From positions 1 to 64,000 of the forward strand of contig JBBIMA010000018.1 in NCBI GenBank assembly GCA_037444625.1: a stretch of DNA of 64,000 nucleotides, read 5' to 3'. Both the position numbers and the translations under genes were made by a program. This document shows, in pieces, positions 10,331 to 18,370 of this stretch (within the stretch, counting starts at the first letter, position 1; each line of letters opens with the position of its first letter). A model generated the notes under the pieces. It had not been told where the DNA came from and did not search any database. It was given only the letters and a program-made list of their open reading frames with translations. This stretch comes from Solibacteraceae bacterium. GTDB lineage: Bacteria; Acidobacteriota; Terriglobia; Bryobacterales; Bryobacteraceae.

Positions 10331-10885
10331 TCAGGCGCCGCCCGCTTGCTGACGCACGATCACGGTTTCGCCCAGCACCTGTTCGATGCGGACGATCTCG
10401 TTCTCCGCGATCGCCTCGCCGTCCTGGGAGCGCGCGATCTTGTCCAGCAGCTCTTCGCCCAGCCGGCAGCGCACCTGTCCCACCCCGCCCTTGGGAATGG
10501 CCACCACCACCCGCGCCGGTTGCCCGACCAGGTCGGCCGAGCGCAGCTCGGTGCTGGCTTGCTGGCTCCAGAGGAAGCGCGCAAAGGCGTAAATGATCGA
10601 GGCGAACAGCACCCCGCTGGCGAAGCCCACCGCCGAGGCCGGCGCCGGCGAAGCGCCGTAGTAACTCGCGACCGCCCCGAAGCCCCCGAAGGCCGTCACG
10701 AATACGCTCAGGATGCGGGTGGAAAAGATGCCCGGCCCGCCGTGGTCCAGGTCATGATCCAGCCCGTCGCCCAAGTGCTCGAAGATCTCCCCGAATACCA
10801 GGGAGACCAACAGGAACAGGAAGCCCACCCCGGCGATGCCGAGGAAGATCGTGAAGGCGGAGATCTGCGTCAACCAGCCGGGCAT
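10331..10885 (-). CDS. NfeD-family membrane protein (flotillin partner, YuaF-like)
   Basis: 184 aa with N-terminal TM helices and a C-terminal OB-fold-like soluble domain. It sits immediately upstream of the flotillin gene in the conserved nfeD-floT arrangement. Confidence 0.7.
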   Translation of the reverse strand: MPGWLTQISAFTIFLGIAGVGFLFLLVSLVFGEIFEHLGDGLDHDLDHGGPGIFSTRILSVFVTAFGGFGAVASYYGASPAPASAVGFASGVLFASIIYAFARFLWSQQASTELRSADLVGQPARVVVAIPKGGVGQVRCRLGEELLDKIARSQDGEAIAENEIVRIEQVLGETVIVRQQAGGA

Positions 10886-10994
10886 GGGCCGACCTCAGCA
10901 AGCGCAGTCTAGCCCAGCCCGGCCCGGCAAGTCAAACCGTGCGCCGCCCCCGGGGACTCTCCGGCGAGGCCCGGGCGCCCGGGGGGCGTGCCCT

Positions 10995-11093
10995 TCAGCT
11001 CGACATCTTGCGCTTGCGGCGGCGCATGATCAACAGCACCAGCACACCGCCCGCAGCGATCCACAGAATGGCCGACAACAACGAGTTGTCCAT
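10995..11093 (-). CDS. 32-aa single-pass membrane peptide with polybasic tail
   Basis: Not in the ORF track. ATG is preceded by AAGGAGAGG at -5. Sequence MDNSLLSAILWIAAGGVLVLLIMRRRKRKMSS*, GC3-rich. Confidence 0.45.
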   Translation of the reverse strand: MDNSLLSAILWIAAGGVLVLLIMRRRKRKMSS

Positions 11094-11160
11094 TTATCCT
11101 CTCCTTTCTTCCTCAGTGATTCGCCCTGTACCCTCGGCTCGGCCGCTCATGGGACCCGCC

Positions 11161-12093
11161 TCACATCTGGAACGACTTCATCATCGGGAACAGGTTCTTG
11201 AACAATTGCAGCAAGCCCGGCCCGGCCGCCACCACCAGCATGGCCGGCAGAATGAAAAAGAAGATCGGGAAGACCAGCTTGACGCCCACCTTGGCGGCCC
11301 GCTCTTCGGCCTGCTGGCGCCGGCGCACGCGCATGAAGTCCGAGTGGGCGCGCAGGGAGTCCGCGATGCTGGTGCCGAAGCGGTCGGCCTGAATCAGGGT
11401 GGCCACCAGTTTGCGGATCTCGGGCTCGCCCGTGCGGTCGGCCAGGTTTTTCAGCGCCTCCTGCCGCCGCTTGCCCGCCCGCATCTCCAGGTTCACCAGG
11501 CTCAACTCCTGGCTGATCTCCGGGTGGCTCAGCGCCAGCTCCCGGCTCACGTTCACCATGGCTTGATCCAGCCCCAGGCCCGCTTCCATACAGACGATCA
11601 TCAGATCCAGGGCGTCCGGCAGCGACAAGCGCAGCTTCTCCTGCCGCCGGGCCACCAGGTGATCCAGCGCCATGTTGGGGGCGAAAAAGCCGGCCAGCGC
11701 GGCCGCCACCACCAGCACCGTGCGCAGCACCGGGCTGTCGGTGGCGTAATCGCGAAACAGCAGGGCCAGAATCAGCAGCGCCGCGCACAAGACCACCTTC
11801 AGCCCGTAGTAAATCTTGGGCGCGACCTCCGAGCGGATCCCCGCCGCCATCAGATACCGGCGGGTGACGGAAGTCTCCTGCGGCGAGATGGGAACCTTCT
11901 CGCCGATCTGCTCGACCAGGCGCACCAGCAGCGGCTTTTCGCCCGGCCCGGTCAAAGCGGCCGGCGCCTCGAGCGCCACCGGGCTGCCCAACTGCTCGTA
12001 CAGGCGCCGGGGGCGCACGTAGAGCCGGTAGCCGTAGGCGGTGATGCTGAGGGTCAGCAGCACGAACAGCGCGACGGAAACCAGCAGAGCCAT
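11161..12093 (-). CDS. tadC: Tad pilus inner-membrane platform protein TadC (T2SS-F family)
   Basis: 310 aa with a TM topology and conserved region typical of GspF/TadC. Confidence 0.85.
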   Translation of the reverse strand: MALLVSVALFVLLTLSITAYGYRLYVRPRRLYEQLGSPVALEAPAALTGPGEKPLLVRLVEQIGEKVPISPQETSVTRRYLMAAGIRSEVAPKIYYGLKVVLCAALLILALLFRDYATDSPVLRTVLVVAAALAGFFAPNMALDHLVARRQEKLRLSLPDALDLMIVCMEAGLGLDQAMVNVSRELALSHPEISQELSLVNLEMRAGKRRQEALKNLADRTGEPEIRKLVATLIQADRFGTSIADSLRAHSDFMRVRRRQQAEERAAKVGVKLVFPIFFFILPAMLVVAAGPGLLQLFKNLFPMMKSFQM

Positions 12094-12097
12094 GGCT

Positions 12098-13060
12098 TCA
12101 CACCTTGATGTCCACGATCTTGCGGATGGTCAGGTGCCCCAACAACAGGCCCACGATCGCTCCCGCGATGATGTATTTGCCGTCCGGGTCGGCCGCCATG
12201 GATTGCAGATATCCCGGGGCCACCACCATCAACCCCAGCATCAGCAGCACCGGCATGATCGTCAGCACCGCGCCGGTCACCCGGCCGTGCGCGCTGGCCG
12301 CCCGCACCTGTCCCTTGAGCTGGAACCGCTCCCGGATGATGCGCGCCAGCTTGGTCAGCACCTCGGCCAGGTTGCCGCCCGTCTCCCGTTGCAGCAGCAC
12401 CGCCGAGACGAAGAACTTGACGTCCAGCAAGGGGACCCGCTCGGCCAGGTTCTTCAGCGCCGTGTCAATCGGCAAACCCAGGTTCTGCTCGTTGAAGACC
12501 TTGCGGAACTCGGTGCTCAGCGGCGGCGAGGACTCCCCGGCCAGCATCTCCAGGCTGATGGAAAAGGCGTGGCCGGCGCGCATGGCCCGGGCCAGAAAGT
12601 CCAGCGCCTCGGGGAATTGTTCCTCGAAGGCGGCCAGCCGCAGTTTGCGCTGCCGCAGCACGTACAGATAGGGCAGCGCCGCCCCGGCCAGGGCGGCGGC
12701 GGTGGCGCTCAGCCAGGGGACCATCAACACGCGCAGCCACATCCCGATCAGGCCGCCCAGCAGGCCGGCCAGCATCATCTGCACCAGCAGGCCGCCCGCC
12801 GTCAGGGTCATGCCGGCCTGCTGGATGTGCGCCTCCATCTTGCGCAACAGGTCGAAACGCTCCAGCAGCCGGCCCAGCAGGGGCGCCTTCTCCGGCTCCA
12901 GCAACACCGTGGTGACCACCGTGGCGGCGCGCCCCCCGGCGGTCTCCAGCATGCCCGTGAGTTTCTTCTTCCGCTGCCCCTCCAGGAAGCGGAAGCCCAG
13001 GCCCAGGGTCAGCGCCACCAGGGCGAAAATCAGCAGAAAGGTAATGACCGCGGCCGTCAT
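12098..13060 (-). CDS. tadB: Tad pilus inner-membrane platform protein TadB
   Basis: 320 aa T2SS-F-like, 5 nt upstream of tadC. Confidence 0.85.
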   Translation of the reverse strand: MTAAVITFLLIFALVALTLGLGFRFLEGQRKKKLTGMLETAGGRAATVVTTVLLEPEKAPLLGRLLERFDLLRKMEAHIQQAGMTLTAGGLLVQMMLAGLLGGLIGMWLRVLMVPWLSATAAALAGAALPYLYVLRQRKLRLAAFEEQFPEALDFLARAMRAGHAFSISLEMLAGESSPPLSTEFRKVFNEQNLGLPIDTALKNLAERVPLLDVKFFVSAVLLQRETGGNLAEVLTKLARIIRERFQLKGQVRAASAHGRVTGAVLTIMPVLLMLGLMVVAPGYLQSMAADPDGKYIIAGAIVGLLLGHLTIRKIVDIKV

Positions 13061-13067
13061 GGCTCCC

Positions 13068-14426
13068 CTACCCGATCTCGACTTTGGTCTGGAAAACGGC
13101 CGCCGGCAACTGGATGCCGGCCGCCTTCAGACGTTCGCTGAACTTGGGCCGAATGCCCGTGGGACGGAAACGGCCCAGCACCTTGCCGTCCTCCCGGACC
13201 CCGGTCTTCTCGAACACGAAGATGTCCTGGCCGGTGACCTGATCGCCCTCCATGCCCACGCACTCCATCAAGTGCGTCACCCGGCGGCTGCCGTCGCTGA
13301 AGCGGGCGATCTGCACGAACAGGTCAATGGCCGAACTGATCTGCTGGCGGATGGCGCGCACCCCGATGTTGGAGTTGGCCATGCCCACCATCACCTCCAG
13401 CCGGCTGATGGCGTCCCGGGGCGAGTTGGCGTGGATGGTGGTGAGCGAGCCGTCGTGGCCGGTGTTCATGGCCTGGAGCATGTCCAGGGCCTCTTCGCCG
13501 CGCACCTCGCCCACGATGATGCGGTCCGGCCGCATGCGCAGGGCGTTGATCACCAACTGCCGGATCCGGATCGCGCCCTGGCCCTCGATGTTGGGCGGGC
13601 GGGCCTCCATGCGCGCCACGTGGATCTGCCGCAACTGAAGCTCGGCGGCGTCCTCGATGGTGACGATCCGCTCGTCCTCGGGGATGAAGCCCGAAAGCAC
13701 GTTCAGCAAGGTGGTCTTGCCCGCCCCGGTGCCGCCCGAAATCACGATGTTCAAGCGGGACCGCACACAGGCCTTCAGCACCTCGAGCATCCCCTCGGTC
13801 AGGGTCAGATTCCGCACCAGCTCGGCCGCGGTGATCGGATCCCGCCGGAAGCGCCGGATCGAGAGCAGCGGCCCGTCCACCGCCACCGGCGGGATCACGG
13901 CGTTGACGCGCGAGCCGTCGGGCAGCCGGGCGTCCACCATGGGCGAGGACTCGTCCACCCGCCGCCCCACCCGGGCCACGATCTTCTCGATGATCCGCAG
14001 CAGGTGCTGGTTGTCCTTGAACTCGACCGGCGTGCGCTGTAACTTGCCGTTGCGCTCCACGTACACCAGCCGGGGCGTGGTCACCAGGATGTCCGAGACG
14101 GTCGGATCCTGCAACAGCGGCTCCAGCGGTCCCAGACCGAAGACTTCGTTGAGAACCTCTTCGGTCACCCGCTCCTTCTCGGCCAGGCTCAGCGGAGTGC
14201 GCTCCTCTTCCACCAGCCGCGCCACCGCCGCCCGCACCTCCATGCGGACCCGCTCGCCCGCCAGCGACCCGAGCGCCTCCAGATTGATCCGCTCCAGCAG
14301 CTTGCGATGCAGAGCGAATTTCAGTTCCTGGTACTCGGGCGCCACCGCGGGCGTTTCCATCACCCGGTTGACCCAACCGGCTTCCATCGCCGCCCGGACG
14401 CCCGTCATCCCGCTGTCCACCGCCAT
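13068..14426 (-). CDS. cpaF: Tad pilus secretion ATPase CpaF/TadA
   Basis: Walker [10 protein letters not shown], Asp box, Walker B and His box of VirB11/TadA ATPases ([23 protein letters not shown]). Confidence 0.92.
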   Translation of the reverse strand: MAVDSGMTGVRAAMEAGWVNRVMETPAVAPEYQELKFALHRKLLERINLEALGSLAGERVRMEVRAAVARLVEEERTPLSLAEKERVTEEVLNEVFGLGPLEPLLQDPTVSDILVTTPRLVYVERNGKLQRTPVEFKDNQHLLRIIEKIVARVGRRVDESSPMVDARLPDGSRVNAVIPPVAVDGPLLSIRRFRRDPITAAELVRNLTLTEGMLEVLKACVRSRLNIVISGGTGAGKTTLLNVLSGFIPEDERIVTIEDAAELQLRQIHVARMEARPPNIEGQGAIRIRQLVINALRMRPDRIIVGEVRGEEALDMLQAMNTGHDGSLTTIHANSPRDAISRLEVMVGMANSNIGVRAIRQQISSAIDLFVQIARFSDGSRRVTHLMECVGMEGDQVTGQDIFVFEKTGVREDGKVLGRFRPTGIRPKFSERLKAAGIQLPAAVFQTKVEIG

Positions 14427-14462
14427 AGCCCGGCCTCCTTAAAGTCTTCCTTTCATCCCACC

Positions 14463-15638
14463 TCAGAAAAAGATGCCCAGCCTGGACTTGGCCTTTTCGG
14501 CCCGCTCCTCCGGCAGGCCCGCGATCTTGGCCGTCAGACGGCTGAACTGCCGGCCCAGCTCGCTGGCGGCCGGCAACAGATTCCCCTCCGAGTAACTCTC
14601 GTACAACTCCGGATAACTGTTGGGCAGACCGGCGAAGATCTCCAGCCCCAGAACCTTCTCCAGCTCGCCCTGGGTCAAGTCGGGCTGCCGGGGCATGCGG
14701 TTCAAAATCAACTGAAGGCGCTTCTGGCCGTAGCCGAAATCCAACAGATTCTGGGCGATTTGTTTCACCCGGTGCAGCGCCAGCACGTCGAAGGTCGCCA
14801 CCAGAAAGGCTTGATCCAGATCCGCCAGCACCGCCAGCGTCAGCGGCGTCAGGCTCCGCCCCAGGTCCACCACCACCCAGTCGTAGACCGTCCGCGTGAA
14901 GCGCAGCACTTGGCGGAACAGGTCCGGCGCCAGCGGCTCGGCCGTATCGGTCATGCGCGGCGCCGCAATCACCTCCACCTGCGGCTGGCCGTTCGACACC
15001 AGCGCCTTCCAGTAACTGCCGTCCAACCGGTGCAGATTGCGCACCGCGTCCAAAATCGAGTACTCGCTGCTCGCCTTCATCAGGAAGCTCAGCAGCCCGG
15101 TCTCCAGATCCAGGTCCGCCAGCAGCACGTCCTTCGAGGTCTGGCGCTGAAGCTCGACCCCCACGTGACAGGCCACCGTGGTCGCCCCGCAGCCGCCCTT
15201 GGCCGAGAGGAAGCCCAGGATCTTGCCCGGCTCGCGCACCGGCTGGCGCACCCGCGCCCGTTCGCTCGTCAGGCGGATCAGCGCCTTTTCCAGGGCGCCC
15301 TCCAGCGGAGGGTACAGGTACTCGCTGGCCCCCGCCCGGATCGCCGCCAGGATGGTCTCCGGCTCGACCGTGGTGCTCAGAGCGATCAGCATCGGCTGGG
15401 CCAGGGTGGATCGGATCCGGCGCAACGCCTCCTCGAAAGCGGGCCCCACCGCGCTCAGCTCCACCAACACCACGTCCGGACGAATTCGGTCCAGCTCGTC
15501 CAGGAATCGAGCCCAATCCTGGACCGCGGGCTGATCGAAAACGATCCGCGCGGGCGAACCGCGCAGCGAGAGCTGCACCTGGTTCCACAGTTCGCGATGC
15601 GCGACGATCAGCCCGATCTTGATTTCCTGCGCTATCAT
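14463..15638 (-). CDS. cpaE: pilus assembly protein CpaE/TadZ
   Basis: N-terminal receiver-like domain, then a ParA/MinD ATPase domain with deviant Walker A LSAKGGCGATT. Confidence 0.8.
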   Translation of the reverse strand: MIAQEIKIGLIVAHRELWNQVQLSLRGSPARIVFDQPAVQDWARFLDELDRIRPDVVLVELSAVGPAFEEALRRIRSTLAQPMLIALSTTVEPETILAAIRAGASEYLYPPLEGALEKALIRLTSERARVRQPVREPGKILGFLSAKGGCGATTVACHVGVELQRQTSKDVLLADLDLETGLLSFLMKASSEYSILDAVRNLHRLDGSYWKALVSNGQPQVEVIAAPRMTDTAEPLAPDLFRQVLRFTRTVYDWVVVDLGRSLTPLTLAVLADLDQAFLVATFDVLALHRVKQIAQNLLDFGYGQKRLQLILNRMPRQPDLTQGELEKVLGLEIFAGLPNSYPELYESYSEGNLLPAASELGRQFSRLTAKIAGLPEERAEKAKSRLGIFF

Positions 15639-15678
15639 TGCCGCCCCTGGGATCGAAAGCCTTGCGCTCAGCTCCTCC

Positions 15679-17193
15679 TCATGGATTGGGCGCCCCTTCG
15701 CTCTTGGGGCGCTCCGGACTGGGCGCCGGCGCCGGTGTGATCTGGATGGTCGGCGCAGCGGCCGCCGGCGCCGCTTTGGGCTCGGCCAGTTGCTCGACGG
15801 GCACCTTCTCCCGCACCGGCTTCACCGGCACCGGACCGGTCGCCTCCATCCCGGGCGTTCGCGGGGCGGCCGTGGGGGCCCCCTTCATGAAGGGCACCGG
15901 CATGCTCACCCCGGGCAGCGGCTGCCCCGGCGGGATGGGCCGCACCAGCTCAGGCGTCACCGCCACCAGCAGCTCGGTGTTGCTCTTGGTCAACGAGCGC
16001 GATTGAAACAGCTTGCCCAGCACCGGGATGTCTCCGATGCCCGGAATCTTGCTGAAGCTCTCGATCACCCGGTTGTCCAGCAGCCCGGCGATCAGGAAGC
16101 TCTGCCCGGATTCCAGCTCGATTTCGGTCTGCACCCGGCGGGTCGAGATGGCCGGAATGGTGAAACCCTGGAGCACGACCGCGTTGCTGTAATCCAGCGA
16201 GCTGACCTCGGGCGTCACCCTCAGCCGAATCGTCCCCCGGGGCGTGACCGTGGGCAGGAAGTTGATCCGCACGCCGAACTCGCGCCACTGGATGGTGATC
16301 GCGCCCGCCCCGGCTATGCCCGACTGCACCACCGGGATGGGGAACTCGCCGCCCGCCAGGAAACTGGCCCACTGCCCGTTCATGGCCAGCAGGTTCGGCT
16401 CGGCCAGCATCTCCAGCAGCCGCTTGCCTTGCAAAGCCCGGATGGTCGCCGCCAGGTCCAGGTCCGGGCGGAACAAAAAGATATTGAGCGCATCGGTCAG
16501 ACTGAAGACCGCCCCCTGCCCGGTGGCAAAGTCCGCCCGCGGCGCCTGGAACTGCTGGGTGGTGATCGAGCCTTGCGTGTTCAAGGCGCCGGTGGAGAAA
16601 ATGTTGGCCCCCAGCTCCTGCGAGGCCTGCCGGTCCACATTGGCGAAGCGCACCTTCAGCAGGATCTGCTGCTCGGCCGGGGGCGTCTTGACGTAGAGCA
16701 GGTTGACCGTCTTGCCCAGCGTCTCGGCGATCTGCACCGCCCGCTCGGCCGCGATGCGGTCGTTTACCGTGCCGCGCAGAAAGACGCTCTCTCCTTCGAG
16801 GGAAATGCTCACCTCCTGGCCCGGCAGCTCCTTCTCCAATTCCTGCCGCACCGCCTCCAGGCGCGCCGGACTGGGGCGCACCTTCAGATCGAACAACAGG
16901 CGGGCGCCGCCCTGCTGCCAGATGATGAGACTGGTTTCGCCCGGGGCCAGCCCGTTGACCAGCACTTCCTTGGGCGTGATGGCGACCGCCTCGGCGATCT
17001 TGCCGTCGGCCACCGAGACGCGCTGGATCACCGTCGGGCTTTCCACCACCAGGGACTTACCCGCCGTGACGAACAGGTCGCGCGCCCCGCCCGGCGGCTG
17101 CTGGGCCAGCACCACCGCTCGCGTTCCCAGGAAGGCGCCGATCAACAGGATCCAGATCGTCGAGAACAGCAACAACGCGCGGCGCGGCTTCAC
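15679..17193 (-). CDS. cpaC: Tad pilus secretin CpaC/RcpA
   Basis: GTG start with a signal peptide. BON/N-domains and a C-terminal secretin domain (GIPVLGKLFQS). Start overlaps cpaB stop as GTGA. Confidence 0.85.
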   Translation of the reverse strand: MKPRRALLLFSTIWILLIGAFLGTRAVVLAQQPPGGARDLFVTAGKSLVVESPTVIQRVSVADGKIAEAVAITPKEVLVNGLAPGETSLIIWQQGGARLLFDLKVRPSPARLEAVRQELEKELPGQEVSISLEGESVFLRGTVNDRIAAERAVQIAETLGKTVNLLYVKTPPAEQQILLKVRFANVDRQASQELGANIFSTGALNTQGSITTQQFQAPRADFATGQGAVFSLTDALNIFLFRPDLDLAATIRALQGKRLLEMLAEPNLLAMNGQWASFLAGGEFPIPVVQSGIAGAGAITIQWREFGVRINFLPTVTPRGTIRLRVTPEVSSLDYSNAVVLQGFTIPAISTRRVQTEIELESGQSFLIAGLLDNRVIESFSKIPGIGDIPVLGKLFQSRSLTKSNTELLVAVTPELVRPIPPGQPLPGVSMPVPFMKGAPTAAPRTPGMEATGPVPVKPVREKVPVEQLAEPKAAPAAAAPTIQITPAPAPSPERPKSEGAPNP

Positions 17194-18080
17194 GGTTTGA
17201 CCTCCGGATTGGGCCCGAACTTGGTCTCCGCGCGCTTGGCGCCGTGCAGCACCTCGACCACCAGCGGCGGCGGCTCCGGTTTGGGCTCCGCCTTGGGCGG
17301 GGCTTTGGGCGCCGGGGCGGCGGCCCGCCGCGGCGGCGCCGAGGGCGCCGAGATCGGGTTCACGAACGGCTGGCCGGTGAAAAGGTTGGCCAGCGCCGTG
17401 CCTTTGGTCTTGGCCACCTCGGTGTCCAGCGGGTTGCGCAACACCAACTGGATCCGGGTCTCGTTGCCCGCCAGCGTCAGAATCTCAGCCTGCTCCGGCG
17501 TCACCAGCAGGTTCACCACCGGCACCGAGACCGGCTTGCCTTCGGCGTCCTTCTGGATGTTCTGCCCCGCGGAAAGCACCTCGATGTTCTGGAGCACCGT
17601 TCGGGCCAGCGTGCCCAGGTTGGCCGGTGCGCCCGGCGGGTTGCCCGAGATCAACACATCCACCCTCATGCCGGGAACCACGAAGCCGCCCACGCCCACC
17701 ACCTCGTTCACCCGCACGGCCACGGCGCGCATCCCGGGCGGGATGGTGGCCGCCAGGCCTGCGCCGGCGCCCTTGGGCGCCAGCCGGGTCTCCAGAATCG
17801 GTTCGTCCTGATAAATGTTCGAGACCACGCCCCGCCCCACGATGTCTTCACGCTTCAAGACCGCGTTGGGAGGCACGGGGCCGGCCCATTCCACCTGGCG
17901 CAAATCGGGGTCGCGGATCAGAGTGCCTACCGGCAGGTTGCGCGCCGCCACCATCAGCAGCGTCGTGGCCGGCTTGGCCTGCTGGCCCAGACGGCTGGCC
18001 GTGAGGCGGTACACCAGGAAGCTGGCCACGCCCGATACCACCAGCGCGAAGACCAGCACCGACACAAATCGCTTATTCAT
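17190..18080 (-). CDS. cpaB: Flp pilus assembly protein CpaB/RcpC
   Basis: N-terminal TM anchor, SAF/RcpC domain, Pro/Ala-rich C-terminus. Confidence 0.8.
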   Translation of the reverse strand: MNKRFVSVLVFALVVSGVASFLVYRLTASRLGQQAKPATTLLMVAARNLPVGTLIRDPDLRQVEWAGPVPPNAVLKREDIVGRGVVSNIYQDEPILETRLAPKGAGAGLAATIPPGMRAVAVRVNEVVGVGGFVVPGMRVDVLISGNPPGAPANLGTLARTVLQNIEVLSAGQNIQKDAEGKPVSVPVVNLLVTPEQAEILTLAGNETRIQLVLRNPLDTEVAKTKGTALANLFTGQPFVNPISAPSAPPRRAAAPAPKAPPKAEPKPEPPPLVVEVLHGAKRAETKFGPNPEVKP

Positions 18081-18130
18081 TTGTGGTCCTCCACCCTGCC
18101 GGACAGATTACCGCAACCCAGTCGGAAAGA

Positions 18131-18157
18131 AAAGGGGCATGCGGGGGCATGCCCCCC
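18131..18157 (-). terminator. intrinsic terminator/attenuator directly after flp
   Basis: On the minus strand the sequence GGGGCATGC-CCCC-GCATGCCCC forms a 9-bp GC stem followed by TTTTCTTTCC. It lies between the flp stop (18169) and the cpaB start (18080). Confidence 0.5.
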
Positions 18158-18168
18158 TGAGATAACGA

Positions 18169-18366
18169 CTAGCTTCCGCCGCTACCCGACGCCGACGCAG
18201 CGGCCGCGCCGAGCTGGCTGTTCGCCACATTCCAGATCGTTTGCACGCTGCCGCCGGCGCCGATGAACAGGGCCGCGGAAGCCAGGGCCACGAAAGCCAG
18301 CAGCAAGGTGTACTCGACCAGGTCCTGGCCTTGCTCGTCCCGCAGGAAATTCTTCAGAAGTCTCAT
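18169..18366 (-). CDS. flp: Flp-family type IVb prepilin
   Basis: 65 aa, MRLLKNFLRDEQGQDLVEYTLLLAFVALASAALF. It has the Flp leader, the G/xxxxEY processing motif and a hydrophobic helix, and ends in a Ser/Gly/Ala-rich tail GAAAASASGSGGS. Confidence 0.85.
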   Translation of the reverse strand: MRLLKNFLRDEQGQDLVEYTLLLAFVALASAALFIGAGGSVQTIWNVANSQLGAAAASASGSGGS

Positions 18367-18370
18367 GCTG

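Noticed and set aside
8405-10912. 835-aa plus-strand ORF across floT/nfeD
   Set aside because: Antisense shadow ORF; repetitive G/R/A/L-rich translation; the opposite strand encodes well-supported flotillin and NfeD.
10960-10990. Palindrome CCCGGGCGCCCGGG downstream of the small peptide ORF
   Set aside because: Perfect GC palindrome but no T-tract; insufficient to call a terminator.
13324-15588. 754-aa minus-strand ORF overlapping cpaF/cpaE in another frame
   Set aside because: Gly/Arg/Ala-rich junk translation; the overlapping frames encode conserved ATPases.
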